Shown here: positions 10,011-22,517 of the stretch, in pieces | How the letters are laid out: every line of letters starts with the position of its first letter | Numbering within the stretch: position 1 is the first letter of the stretch | Origin: Isurus oxyrinchus | Taxonomy: Eukaryota | DNA length: 64,000 nt | Assembly (NCBI GenBank): GCA_026770705.1 | Contig: JANJGN010000041.1 | Location: 6,014,001 to 6,078,000, forward strand | Direction: 5' to 3' | Program-made: the position numbers and the translations under genes | Notes under the pieces: model-generated | The model's database searches: none | Told to the model about the DNA's origin: nothing | What the model saw: only the letters and a program-made list of their open reading frames with translations

Positions 10011-12654
10011 CGTCTCTTCACGCTTGCAATGGCAGAATTGGAATGTTTGACAGGATTGGATTCAAACCGTTAGACCCCGTTAATAATGTACCACCCATTT
10101 TCCTCTGGACTTCAGTTGTGCTTCGAAGCCGGATCTTCCTTCGCACAGCCACAGAGGCAAATCACTTCGCCACCCGACCTGCTGAATTTACGAGTATTTC
10201 AATGCAGTGTTAAGATAACTCCTTTCAATCTCCGCTTCTGCAGATGAGATCCCAATGGGGCTCATTAATGGGCAGACTCCTCTTCCAGAACATTGGAGAT
10301 ACATTATAATGAGATTTGCAGATCTGTCTGTGATGACGACGGGGACATGTTGATGAAAAATTTGCATGTGAGGATCTGGGCTGTAGAGCGGTCAAATCAG
10401 CCCCTGCCGGTTCCCATTTTGGTGCAGCTCCTGGTTCCTTTTGGCTGGATAATTTTCACTGCAAAAGCAATGAGTCCAGCATCGTGCAATGTCAAGCCAG
10501 CGCCTGGGGAGAACACACCTGCAACCCTGGCAATGCAGCATCTGTCAAATGCTCAGGTAAGAATGGATTTGTTTCCATACTTTTCAGAAAAAATAAATGT
10601 TGTTTTGAAATATCTTGTTAAATATATTGTCAATAATTCATTCTTACGTACGTTCTGTGATATGTTGCCTTCAAAATTCCAATTAGCGAACATTGCATTT
10701 TTGATAAAACCCTCTATACATCAGTTCAGTCCTGGATCTCATGTTTACGTTTGTAACAAAACTGGAGGTATTGTTCGGCCCTATTTATACCAGTCGATTG
10801 GCATTCAGTTCTCTTTATCGTGTAAAAGTTCGGGCAGGGGGACTGTAGTAAAAGTGTAATTGAGGGATAATTTGACTCTGAATTATAATGTGAATCATTA
10901 TATATTGCGTTGGCTATCCATGTTCACTCGGACGACTGATCTTGCCATTGTATTTTAAGGATTAGAAAGTGCCCGTGGCGCCGCTAATGTTCTGGCAAAT
11001 CATTATGGATAGTTTCATGGAATGCAAATGTCTTAAGATAACATCTACCATGCCCTCCCAAGACAGTTATTCAAGGGAAGATGGACACGAAGTTTCAGCA
11101 GTCGACCTTAACATTGCTTGGCAGTCTTAAGTACTTTATTGGCCTTCTGTTTAACAACTTTGCAGAACTTCATTCACCAATTAGAAAAATAAGGGTCTAC
11201 AACATTTCAGGGCAACTTGACAAACACCCTCCCTATGCTCATCGAATGGCGTAGAGTTTTGAAATGGGATCAATGTCTGCAAATGTTATCATGAATAAAC
11301 ATCTTTTGAGGGAATGATCTACTGAAGAGTTTATTAAAATAATGGAAGCCTCGGGGAAAAGTTGCCGATGATGGATTAATGACTAATTGGCTTCAATAGT
11401 TCTGATTCAACAAGTGTGACAGATTTCATGAATAGTTTGATTGCTTAAAAAGTTCAGCAATGGTAATGAAACCAGCACAGAAATAGATTTTGTTATAGGT
11501 TTAGCTTAAAATCATTTCTTTTCTTTGGCATTCCCATCAATGTCTCACGCGCAGGTTCAAAGAGCACTTCCTAGTGAAACAAAAATATTCCCTCTTCAGT
11601 TATTAATTCCAAGACGGAGTGAGCGGCATGAACCGATACAAAGTCTGGAGTGGGTGGACGTAACGGTGGGGTTGGGGGTAGCAGTGGTCGGGTGTGGAGG
11701 ACGCGAATGGGGCAGACTCAGGATGCTCAACAGAAAGATTGCACGGGCTCGATGGAGTGACAAGCCAACTTATTTGCTGCCAAAGCTCTTTTGATTCTTT
11801 GGGGCGCACTGAATCTTGGCTGTTCTTTCTGAAAATCCTGTTCACCCCCCTCCCCACATTAATGAGCTCACCAACCAGTTAAACTTCCGACAAGAAATGT
11901 TAAAGAATTAAAACTCTTTTTCAAGATCATTTCAAGCCTCGTTGCTTTTGTTGGGAATTCAGATGAGGCCCAATGGGGAAAAGGCTTTCGCACTAGAAAC
12001 GTTAAACTGGGTCGGTGACTTAATGCTTGATTTTAATGATGGGTCGTTCACGAATATTTTTTGCCCCCAAGCCTCACAAGGCAACTCCCAACGTGTTCAA
12101 CTGGATTCACCCCTTGTAGCAGGGATGTAGTCAATGGCAAACCCAGTCCGGTGTGGTTGGTGTGATGTGGGGGGTGGGGGGCGCAAGAGATGGGGAATTA
12201 TTGCAGCTTAATTTTAGACTTAGTAGTGGTTTTAGAACTAGAGGCAATTGGGGACTGCTTGGTCACTGGTGTTTGTTTGTGTGGCTTTATATTTGAAGAA
12301 GGTCCACCACTGAAGCCATATAGACAAGTTGAGGTACACACTCTGCATCAAGCACGGCTTGGCTATGGGCCTCTGCTCCCTTAACCCGTGCAACAGAAGG
12401 ATTCGATTTTTTTTACAGCTTTGTAATTCTTCTGCTTCAGCTGCTGCTCTGCCTGTTGCTCTGAGACTTGGATTGCCTAACCTATCAGAAGCTGCTTTCT
12501 CAGAGAGGTGCATGCAACTGAATGCACCACATGTGAGGTTTACTGCCAAGCAAATGGTCACTGTTGGTAGAGGTTTTTAGTTGTACATCTAGTCTCAACA
12601 ATGTCATAAATCCTCTTCAGTGGGTGTGAATAGGCAAGTTATTTAATTTGAGTT

Positions 12655-12775
12655 ATGGGGTGCAGGTTTCGCTGGCTTGGACTCGCATTAATTCCCATCC
12701 CTATTTTCCCTTGAGAAGGAGCAGGTGAGCTGCCTTCTTGAACTTTTGCAGTCTCTGTGACGCAGGACACTGTAA
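12655..12775 (-). mobile_element. LINE/SINE shared 3' tail fragment
   Basis: 'cccatccctattttcccttgagaagg..gagctgccttcttgaac' is the reverse complement of the tail at 54540-54600 and 58540-58620. Confidence 0.6.
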
Positions 12776-13228
12776 TAAACCTATTCCACTCCAGTTAGTG
12801 ACCCACTCTCCGTAACTTCCTAAACTGAGAGGAACACCCAGTCACATATTTGTCACTGGGGATATGTGTGGACTCTAGTTGGCGACCGACCCTCGGTTTG
12901 CTTTCAGTCTGATTCCTACTATTTCTTTCCTGGCAAGAAGTTTCCTTTCCTTGCTATGTGATTCAAAATTAGACGACATTCCACTAAATACAATAACATG
13001 ATCATTCAGAGAGCCTCTGAGTTATTCAGCAGGTATATTATCAGTTGAGAAAACCGAAAAAAACCGGAGAGAAATATCCAGACATTTGACTTAAGTAAGT
13101 GCTTTCACCCATCGGTTGGAGTTAGAACCGTGATCAGGAGAGAGCACATACGATTATCAATCACATTGTGAAAGGAGAGGGCAGCTCACTCACGTATTCA
13201 CACAACTTTAACGGTTCTAGTAACTTAC

Positions 13229-13316
13229 CTGGGACACCAACTACAGCAAGAATGATGTTCAGTATTTTAGCGACCGTTTCGTAAATATCCAACATTTTCA
13301 AAGTGAATTGCGGCAT
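13229..13316 (-). CDS. Orphan first coding exon of a GPR139-like receptor
   Basis: (MPQFTLK)MLDIYETVAKILNIILAVVGVP + G|GTAAGT; ATGs at 13316 and 13295; phase-1 donor at 13228; minus-strand TATAAA at 13380-13385. No dedicated exon 2 found between 13228 and 6750. Confidence 0.75.
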
Positions 13317-15261
13317 TTTTCTGTGCTGACGACTGTCTGTCAATTTGAAACTCGGACGCAATGTTCCCAAAGACATTAATTTATACGCTGTGGATCCTCT
13401 GAAATATTGAGGTTGCAACATTGTTCATTTTTTTTTTAAACTGAGCTAACAGATTCCAGCATTGATTGCTGTGGTAGAATTGGTTGCATTTTGGTTTCTG
13501 AACTGGAGTTGCAAATGTCACTTCTGATCACATTAATCAACTTAGAACATTAGAGGTGTATTCTATACCAAATGCCGCTGTTCACTCAAACAGCAACAGT
13601 CTCATCTTCTGATTTCTTTCTGTTTCAGTGATATCTTTTATGTGGATGTGAGCATTCAATAGTTTCTGATTTCGGGATATTCCAAAGCAGTTTGCGGTGT
13701 CGATTCTCCTTTTAATCTGTATGTTCAGTTAAGTGATTAATGTGGGATATTACTGACTATGCAGTGTAAAATTCAGAAAATATTATATCTGGATCTAATT
13801 CAATACCACAAAAAGCCTACACACCTGATCAAGTCAAGCTCCCAAACTAATAATATGCAGTAATGCAATATCTCACCTCAAAAAATAAAGCCTCTCAAAA
13901 GGGTAACAATAATTTCAACCAATGCAGCCGCCAGAACTGATAAAGTTTCAAAAGCTAATGCATTGACTAACAGCAATCTAGCACTCCAAGTTATAGAGGC
14001 CTGAAACAGATACAAACTGCCAGCTGTTAGAAACTATACAAATATTGCAGAGCTGTCAAATCCAGGATTGAGGGGATGATTCCATGGAAAGCGTGAAGTT
14101 TCCTCTGTAGATTGGGGGCTGAGGCAAGCAGGTTTGGGGGGGGGGGGGGGGGGGGCGGTTGGCACTGGGTGCTTTGGGCAGGCAAACTCAGTTTTGATGT
14201 ATGTTATTCAGAAGGTCAGGAATGCATCAGAAAGACTGTTGGGATCCGATTGGATGAAGGCCTCTGATATTGCCGTGGATCTTTGTAATCACTGCTTCTG
14301 GAGCGGAACAGAAGAGGACAAAGACATTTTGCATAATGGTTTCAGCTGAATAGATGCTTCTTTGAGCCAGTGCAGAAACCATCAGTAGAAGGACCCCAAT
14401 CTGGCTGCAACAATGAAATGATTCTTTCATTAAGTCATTTGTTTAAGCAGAGACGTTTCAGGAAATATTTCATAGATGTGCTCAAAATCATGATTGATTT
14501 TGGCAGAGTAAAGTTCAGCAGCAGAAGAGGGTACACGGGGTAGAAACTGAGGGCAGGTGATTGCTAAATTGCTAAAGGTACCATGGGCTGTGTCGGGGTG
14601 CTTTCCCGATGTACAACGTGTTGTTGTGATGCTGAATTTGATACCAATAATGGTTTTTCATTCAAGTATGAGTACTACGAGTCAAATGACAACAAAAATA
14701 GGATAATGACAATGCAAATTGTGGAGTAATGGGAACGAACGGAGAAATTGTATTAAATGAGGAACTCTTTCAAAGAGTACCACACACATTATACATATTG
14801 CATTTCATCTGTGCTTGAGTGCCCCAATGGCATTTAAATTTCTTCCGCAGCCTGTTAATAGCTCCTGATACTTGTGCACCCAGAACTCGGCTCTCTTGTT
14901 CACTTGCAAATATTGAAGCCCTTCAGCTTCTTCAGACCCTTTGCCGATTTCAAACCGCCCTGGGCTGCACTTGGACTTTCTGGACAAAAACAATCAGAAT
15001 GTCAGCTTCAGCAATCAGGTCAAACATAAAACTGTAATTAATCATTCATGTTCATTGGGCGACAAAAGCAAGCACGTGTGGACCAACATTTACAATTCAT
15101 AGGTTGACCCAAACTGTGGATTGTTTATTTTTATCTATTGTAGATAGCACCCCTTTCAGAGTGAACCTTATTGCGGCAGCACCATCTATGCATGACTGTG
15201 GCTACACAGCCACGTGAAGGTCAATGTTGTCGCTCATCTTTCAGAACAGGCGGGTAATAAG

Positions 15262-15475
15262 AGACAAAAACAAAAATCCTGGATAAGTTCAGCAGCTCTG
15301 ACAGATTCTGCGGAGAACAGTACAGTTAATGTTTTGAGTCCATTTGATTCTTCGTTCTGATGAAACTCGAAATGTTAACTATAATCCTCTCCGCAAATTT
15401 TATCAGACAAGCTGAGTTTTTCCTGATATTTTAGTTTTCGTTTCGGAATTCCAGCATCTGCATTTTCTTGCTTTT
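15262..15475. mobile_element. Old Penelope-derived palindromic element with a hammerhead-like core
   Basis: Imperfect inverted arms ('ctggataagttcagcagctctgacagattctgcggaga' / 'tctccgcaaattttatcagacaagctgagtttttcc'); CTGATGA (15357-15363) and GAAA (15369-15372). Confidence 0.6.
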
Positions 15476-15617
15476 AGGTGATGAAGAGAATTGTTAGCGC
15501 TGTTCAAAATCACGAATCATTTTGACAGTGCCAATTGTGAGAACGAGTGGAGCATGGGTAGTGTATGTGTGTGTGTTTCTCGTGGAGGGGCGTGACCAGG
15601 GAGACACTGATTTCTGG

Positions 15618-16219
15618 AACAAAAACAGAATTACCTGGAAAAACTCAGCAGGTCTGGCAGCATCGGCGGAGAAGAAAAGAGTTGAATTTTCGAGTCCTCA
15701 TGACCCTTCGACAGAACTTGATTTCGAGTCCAAGAAAGAGTTGAAATATAAGCTGGTTTAAGGTGTGTGTGTGGGGGGCGGAGAGATAGAGAGAGAGGGG
15801 GCGGTGTGGTTGTTGGGACAAACAAGCAGTGATAGAAGCAGATCATCAAAAGATGTCAGTGACAATGGTACAAAAGAACACATAGGTGTTAATGTTAAAG
15901 TTGGTGATATTATCTAAACGAATGTGCTAATTAAGAATTGTTGGTAGGGCACTCAAGGTACAGCTCTAGTGGCGGTGGAGGGAGCATAAAAGATTTTAAA
16001 ATATTTAAAAATAATGGAAATAGGTGGGAAAAGAAAAATCTATTTAATTTATTGGGGAAAAAAAAGGGGGGAAACAGAAAGGGGGTGGGGATGGGGGAGG
16101 GGGGGGGGCAGCTCACGACCTAAAGTTGTTGAATTCAATATTCAGTCCGGAAGGCTGTAAAGTGCCTAGTCGGAAGATGAGGTGTTGTTCCTCCAGTTTG
16201 CGTTGGGCTTCACTGGAAC
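15618..16219 (-). mobile_element. Penelope-like retroelement, 5'-truncated (GIY-YIG C-terminus + 3' pseudo-LTR)
   Basis: Minus frame SSEAQRKLEEQHLIFRLGTLQPSGLNIEFNNFRS*; terminal repeat nearly identical to 28605-28700; CTGGAAC at both junctions (15614-15620, 16213-16219). Confidence 0.88.
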
Positions 16220-18294
16220 CAAATTCACTGAATATCAACATTGAATGTATTCAATCTCTCCTTCGCCCGGAATCATTGATGTTAAACTAGCCACTGTGTT
16301 TTTTTTTTCTCGTGTTCACTTATAACCATTGAAGCTGCAAACATTCCTCAGCCAGTGCCACATGCAGACCCACCAATGGCCACGTCTCTAATTTCAGTAC
16401 TTCAGCGTGAAAACATCAGATTAAATAGAAAGCAAATATTTGCTATTCGTGTTCATTCTGCAACAATAGCAAACATGCTCGAATCAACACTTTCAGATCA
16501 TCGGCTTCACCCACAATGTGGATTATTTTATCTCTCCTGGGCTTCACAATTTTGAGAGAAAGCCGTATTGTGGCGGACCAAGGCACGCATTACTGCTGCT
16601 ACATGCAAAAATGAACTCGAAACCTGCTGCTCACCTTTAAACACAGAAAGCTGAAAATAAAGATTGTAAAAGCTATTTTAAGTAACGAACTATTTTGAGA
16701 AAGGAAACTTTTTTTGCAGAAGGGAGGGCACACAGTGGACAATGATTTAATTGGATTGATAACGGAACAAGGGGACGTTTGGAGATACGATAATTTAATC
16801 CAATGCGTTGCTGTTCTCTGGAATGCGCTGTTTTTATTCCAGACAAAATATTAACTTTGAGAGATCTGTGAAAATAATATATGGGAGACGTTGGAATGAA
16901 GGGACAGAGCTGAACACTTGGATTCAATGAATAGTTCTTTCAAAGAACAATAACTCTTTTATACCTATTGAATTTGACTGGCTTTTGACTGCTTTGAATT
17001 CAGTTCCTTTCGTGCTTTTGCCTGTTCCTTCCTTGCCCGTGCTTTTCCAATTGATGCTGGGTCTCACCCTGGCAATTTCAGTCATTTGTAAGGCTGGAAT
17101 TACTTAGGGATACAGGTGACCTCGAACTGAGATTCTGCATCTAAGGTGTAGCTCTCAGTCAGCGGTAGAACTTATTTTTTAACAAAATATTAATTAATTT
17201 CACCTCAACACCAATCACAGTGTCTGGGATAATTTGAAAGTTGCTGTTCCGAATACTTCTTGTTTGAGGGAAATGTCCTGGATACACCTTAAAACGAGTA
17301 ACCTGGGGGAAATGCTGAAATATTTTTAAAAATTAAACAGGGTGATGGTGGGAACGGCCTTTGCTGTCAGGTGATTGTTGGGCACTGGTCGCTCCATCCG
17401 TTTGCTGATACTTATTTTGATTCCAGACCGACTGAGGACGTGTTCTTTTTAATTATCTCCAGGTGGAATCTATTTGCGTATCAAATAAAAGCGACCCCTC
17501 ACTTCTGAATGCTTGTACATCATCCGATCCCCCATCGGAGAATAGATCCCTCATCTCACACACTAGACGAGCTAACTAAACGGACGAGGAGCTGCTTGGG
17601 ATTTGTTTCCCAGGGCCAGATGGACGTTTCAATCCAGCCTTAGGTTTCAATTAATTTACATAAGTTTACATTTTCGAGGACGAATCAAGCTTTTCCGCTG
17701 ATGCTAAACACACGGGAAGCTCCATCGCTGAAGGTAAACACCGGATTGTTTCAATTTCACCCAGCAACTTGAATCAAATATACTTCATCACCCAGAATTC
17801 TCTGCGCTTGCTCACCTGCAAAAATTGAAGCCATCCATGTCCTTCAGCCCCGTGCCACCTGCAAACCCGGCTTTGGCCGCGTGTCGAGTTTCAGGTCGGC
17901 AATAACCAGGGTTACATCTGCAACACATCCGATTAAAGCGAAAACAGACATTTGTTATTCGTGTTCATTCTGCAACAGAAGTAAACACGTCCGAACCAAC
18001 ACTCACAAATCACAGATTTGACACACCCTGTGGAATTTCTATCCGCTCTGGCCACAGCACTTTTCCTAGTGAGGCAGCTTCAGCGATAGATGATGGCGGC
18101 TATGTGCAGCAATGAAATTGAATGCTGCTCTTCAACTTTAATGGCAGGAGATTAAGAGGAGGTTTCATAGAGGTGATGAAAATCACAAATAATTACGATA
18201 GGAGCGGGAGAAAAAAGTGGCAGAAGTGTGGTTCCCCAGTGAGCAATGATTTAAGGGGTTTGCAAACGGAACCTTGGGCTGCATGGGATAATTA

Positions 18295-19600
18295 TATTTT
18301 AACGCAACAATTAATCTGAGTCAGCATGGTTTCATGAAGAGTAAACCCTGTTTGACTAATCTGTTCGAGACCGTTGAAGATGTGACATGCAAAGCGGATA
18401 ATGAGGATCCTGTATTTCTGAACTGCTGGAAGACTTTTGATAAGGTGCCGCAAAAAAAGATTAATACACGAGATACACGGAGTTAGAGGTAATGAATTGG
18501 CTTGGACAGAGCATTGGCTAACCAACAGGGAGCAGAGAGTTTGGATAAATAGGCATTTGTTGTGGATGGCAACCTTTAACTAATGGGGTGCCAAAGGGTT
18601 TGGTCCTTATGCCCCAAGTATTTACCATCTATATTAATGACTTGGATTCATGGATAGAAGGTACTACGGTTAAATTTGCAGATGACATCAAAGAAGGTGA
18701 GAAAGTAAATGGCAACGAAGAAAGAAGAAATTTACAAATGGATACGGACAGGTTCAGTGAATGGGCAAAATTTGGCAGATGGTCTTTAACGTGGAGAAGC
18801 TTGAGATTATCCAGTTTTTTCGGAGGAATAAAAGACAAATTATTATTTAAATGGACAGAAACTTGAGAATGCTTTATGCAGAGGGAGCTGGGTTGTCCTC
18901 GTGCATGAATCGCTGAAAGCCAATATGCAGGTACAGCAGGTAATAAGGAAGTCAAATTGAATTTTGGACTTAATTGCTAAATGAATAGAATATAAAAAAA
19001 TGGAAGTGCTGTTGCAAACTGTAAGAGGCATTAGTGAGTCCACGCCTGGAGTAATGTGGACAGTTTTGGTCCCCTTACTTGTGGATGGATGTAATTGCTT
19101 TGATGGCGGTTCCGGGGATGTCCACGAGTTTGCATCCAGGAATGCAGGGCTTGTTTTCCGCTGAGATATTAAGCAATATAGGCTGACACTCGCTAGAGTT
19201 TACAAGGATGAGAGGAGATCTAATGGAGACATAGAAGAAGTTAAAGGGGGGATACAAAGTACATGTGGATCGGATGATTCCCCTCGTGGGGCATTCTGGA
19301 ATGTATTCGCATCGTTCAGGGCTAAGCAGTGGCAGATGGGGAGGGATTACATTTCCCAAAGGGTCTTTAATTTCTGGAATTAACTACATAAGACTGCAGT
19401 GCATGCTCGGCTGTTGAATAAATTTAAGGAGGAGATAGTTAGATTTTTCATTAGAAACGGGTTGAAAGGTTATGAGAAGAGTGCGGGAAATTGGAGTTGA
19501 GGCCGAAATGAGTTCAGACATAATCATATTGAATGGCGGAGCAAGCTCGAAGAGCTAAATTGCCTACTGCTTTTTCTAGTTCTTATGATCTTATGTTCTA
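18295..19600 (+). mobile_element. CR1 LINE, RT C-terminal half and 3' tail
   Basis: SQHGFMKSKPCLTNLFE, GVPKG.VL.PQVFTIYINDLD, KFADD, LVSPRLE*CGQFWSP; tail 'ttcttatgatcttatgttct'. Confidence 0.92.
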
Positions 19601-19779
19601 TGGACTCCTGAGTCCACACAAGGAAGGTCTTCTTAAATTAAGACTCATCATTAACGTACACAGGACAATTCGATAAACATCCTCAGGGAAATGCAATTTC
19701 AGGAAGAAGGGGGAAGGGTGAAGCCCTGGAATTAAATATGTTGCTCATTCAAAGAACGATGGTATAACATTTGCTCTGA

Positions 19780-20260
19780 ATCATCGTTGAGTACAATCGA
19801 ATTATATGTTGTTTTTGCAGTTGTCCTTCAATAACTCATCAGCGATTATCCTGTTTGTTAGGTTATATTTTGCCCATCACCGCCTTACATCAGTCATTAA
19901 CAGCATGACATGCATGCAACTTCGAAATTCTGTCTCTTGCATTGTATCAGTGCGAGATCCACATGTGTTGTGAGAATTTTAGTTATGATGGCTCCGTCAA
20001 CCATTACAAAACCTGGTATGACTCGGATAGTTGTCATTGCTGAAGCATGTTGGATGTGGAAACTGTCCTGGATACATCTTGAATGCTTTTACTTGTGGAC
20101 AATGCTGAGAGGTTTTCTGAAATCATGGTGTCAAGTGGCCTGCATGTTACTAGTAAGTGTTTTTGCTGGCACAGGACTGTGATTGCCTGCTCTCCAGACA
20201 AAGTTTGCTGATGGTTCCTTTTGTAATGTTCAATGTCCGCCATGCTGATTGCAAGTCCTT
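19780..20260 (-). mobile_element. Highly decayed PIF/Harbinger transposase-like fragment
   Basis: Across frameshifts: QAITVLCQ, IPGFVMVDGAI...THVDL (cf. IAGFP.VQGAIDCTHVA) and G*SLMSY*RT.AKTTYN (cf. DKGYPL..WLMTP...E..YN). Confidence 0.4.
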
Positions 20261-20944
20261 TATGCTGAGCTCCATGTGGAACTGCAAACAGATTTGTGAA
20301 CTGATAAAGATGCCTCCTCTGTCAAGCGCTGAGCGTTTGGCGAAAAGCACAACTCTCCATCGGGGCTGAAACATGGGTCACCCGCTTGATTGAAGTCTAT
20401 AGGGATAGTCTCCCTCGGGAGGTGAATTGCGCGGACTTCCCAGCATCCGATGGGATTTCTAACCTATCCTTACCTTTCAATTAAAATTAATCACTTTCCC
20501 AGTTTTCTGCAAAAAAGTGGTTTAATTTGCAACTAAATACACAGCAAGCATCATCACCGAATGTTATTACTGAACCGTTTCAATTTTCCCCTCTGTCCGG
20601 AACAATAAATCATTAATTCCTACAGTTATGCCTTTTGTTTCGCATTTGTATTTATACCAGCAGCCCCGTACAATCTGAGGACCCAGGAAGGGCTGCATGT
20701 CAATTCTTACATCAGCGGTATTCTGGTGGTCAGTTTTGACACCCCAGATTAAACAGAAAAATTCCTTCTTTTTAATTATACTTCAGGAACAAGCATGTTC
20801 GAAACACCCTTTACAAATCACGGGTTCTGGAAAGCTTTGTTTTGTTTTCACTCAGATTGTTGTTGGTGCATAGAACTCCTGCCTAAAATGGTAGTTGAAT
20901 AACAGCATTCAACTGGTTAACACTTATGTTCTACTTTACTCTCC

Positions 20945-21170
20945 CGTGGGAAATGGCGTCACTGGCAAGGCAAGTACTTGTTGCTCATCCTAAATTGCAC
21001 TAAATTTAACCGGTTGGTTTGCCCCACCAATGAATGGTTCGGAATCAAGCACATTGCTCTGGCTGTCTTGTAACATAGAGGCCAGACGACGTTTGAACGG
21101 CAGATTTCTTTCCCCAAAGACCATTTTTGAAGCTGATGCGTTTATTTGTTTTTCATTATGAAATAAAGAC
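20945..21170 (-). mobile_element. HE1-like SINE
   Basis: LINE-derived tail plus the body 'cacattgct...ggccagac...ggcagatttc', antiparallel to the copy at 29335-29640. Confidence 0.55.
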
Positions 21171-21204
21171 CCAAAATGCAGCAATGATATAAACTTGTAG
21201 ACCG

Positions 21205-21500
21205 AAAGAGAGAGAGAGAGAAATGGAGGTAAGGAGAGAATAGAGAGAAAGACTGATAGAGAGAGTGGGGAGATAGATTAAAAGAGAAAACGATGGAATG
21301 AGAGAGGGAGGTAGACAAAGAGAGAGAAAGAGACAGACAGAGAAAGAGAGAATGCGGGGGTGGGGGGGGGGGGGGGAGGGAGATCGACAAAAAGAGCGAG
21401 AGGGGGAGATAGAAATTCAGACAGAAAGAGGGAGAAAGAAAGACAAATGGGGAATATAATATGTGCAGATAAAGGGACAGATAGAGAATAAACTAAAGAC
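21205..21500. repeat. GA-rich low-complexity tract with poly-G
   Basis: Direct reading. Confidence 0.85.
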
Positions 21501-21544
21501 TTGGATGAATATAATTTCAATAACTGGAAAGGGGTAAAACACTT

Positions 21545-21760
21545 TCAGGCCAATGTGGTCATGTCCAATATTCGCCAGTGCTGAAATCTAGGACAAGTGA
21601 CAGCTGATCTGTGCACAGGAAGATTCCAGCAGCAACGCCATAAATCTGGGAAACCTGATTTAGGTATGTTGGTCGATGGATAAACATTGGCCCCAGGGCA
21701 CCAATGAGTGCTCCACAACTCTTTCCCCAATAGTGGTTGTGGGAGATTTGGGATCCAGTG
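21545..21760 (-). mobile_element. DeuSINE-like SINE fragment
   Basis: Similar to 43060-43450 ('gcacag.aag.ttcc..cagcaa', 'ttggcc..gg.cacc'). Confidence 0.4.
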
Positions 21761-22517
21761 GAAACAGATTTCATTGCATTGACAAATAAATGAGCTGGGG
21801 GATGCTGAAAATTTGTTTTTAATGCAATGATTTGTTTTCTTCCTGATATTGCTGCCTTTAAGGTCGTTGGAAGAGGCTACAAAACGAAACTTCAAAAGAG
21901 AAATTGGGTAAATAAGTCAGAGGGAAATTTTTGAAATTGCTAAGGTCTAAGAACGGAGGGAACGGGGAATAGCAACAGAGAAATTGCAAACAGCTCGCAA
22001 ATGTACAATGGCCCGAATGGCTTCAATCCCTCCTGTATGAATCTCATTTAAAACACAGCAAAGAATTCCTATGAACCTTTGTCAGCTCAATCATTATTCA
22101 GATCTGCCCCTCCTCTTTTCAATGAAACACGGGTTGATTCGAGATAATGTTGGTTGCCGGCTGTTAGCTGTGTGAGGATAACCCCTGAGTCATATTCTCG
22201 ACTCTGGGAGGAGATGCAGTTTACATCGGCCATCCAGCCAAGCCAGAAACGTTTTGGGCTGCAAAAACCTTGTTTTTCCACAGCAGCATCCGAAAAAGTG
22301 TAAGAGACCGTGTAGTATACAAATATTAAAGCAGTTTGATTTGGGCAATATCACTGGGATTTTATATTTAAAGATCTATAAAGGAGTGTAGTCTGTACGG
22401 TGTTTAATTGTGGGCTTGACAAAGTAGCGGGCCTTCTGCAGAATGTCATGTAAGACTAATTTGTTCTGTATAAGTAATATGGCGTATTTTGTCACGAATA
22501 AATATTAATGTGCATAG

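Larger units (their letters stand above)
14870..18140. repeat. Three diverged copies of a 300-350 bp module (about 14870-15200, 16310-16640, 17790-18140)
   Basis: Colinear shared blocks: 'attgaagc' at about 14912, 16328 and 17824; 'attc(g/a)tgttcatt'; 'ccaaca'; 'tgtgga'. Confidence 0.75.

Noticed and set aside
10293-10859. 188-aa ORF
   Set aside because: TTG start, no recognisable motif or splice context; likely chance.
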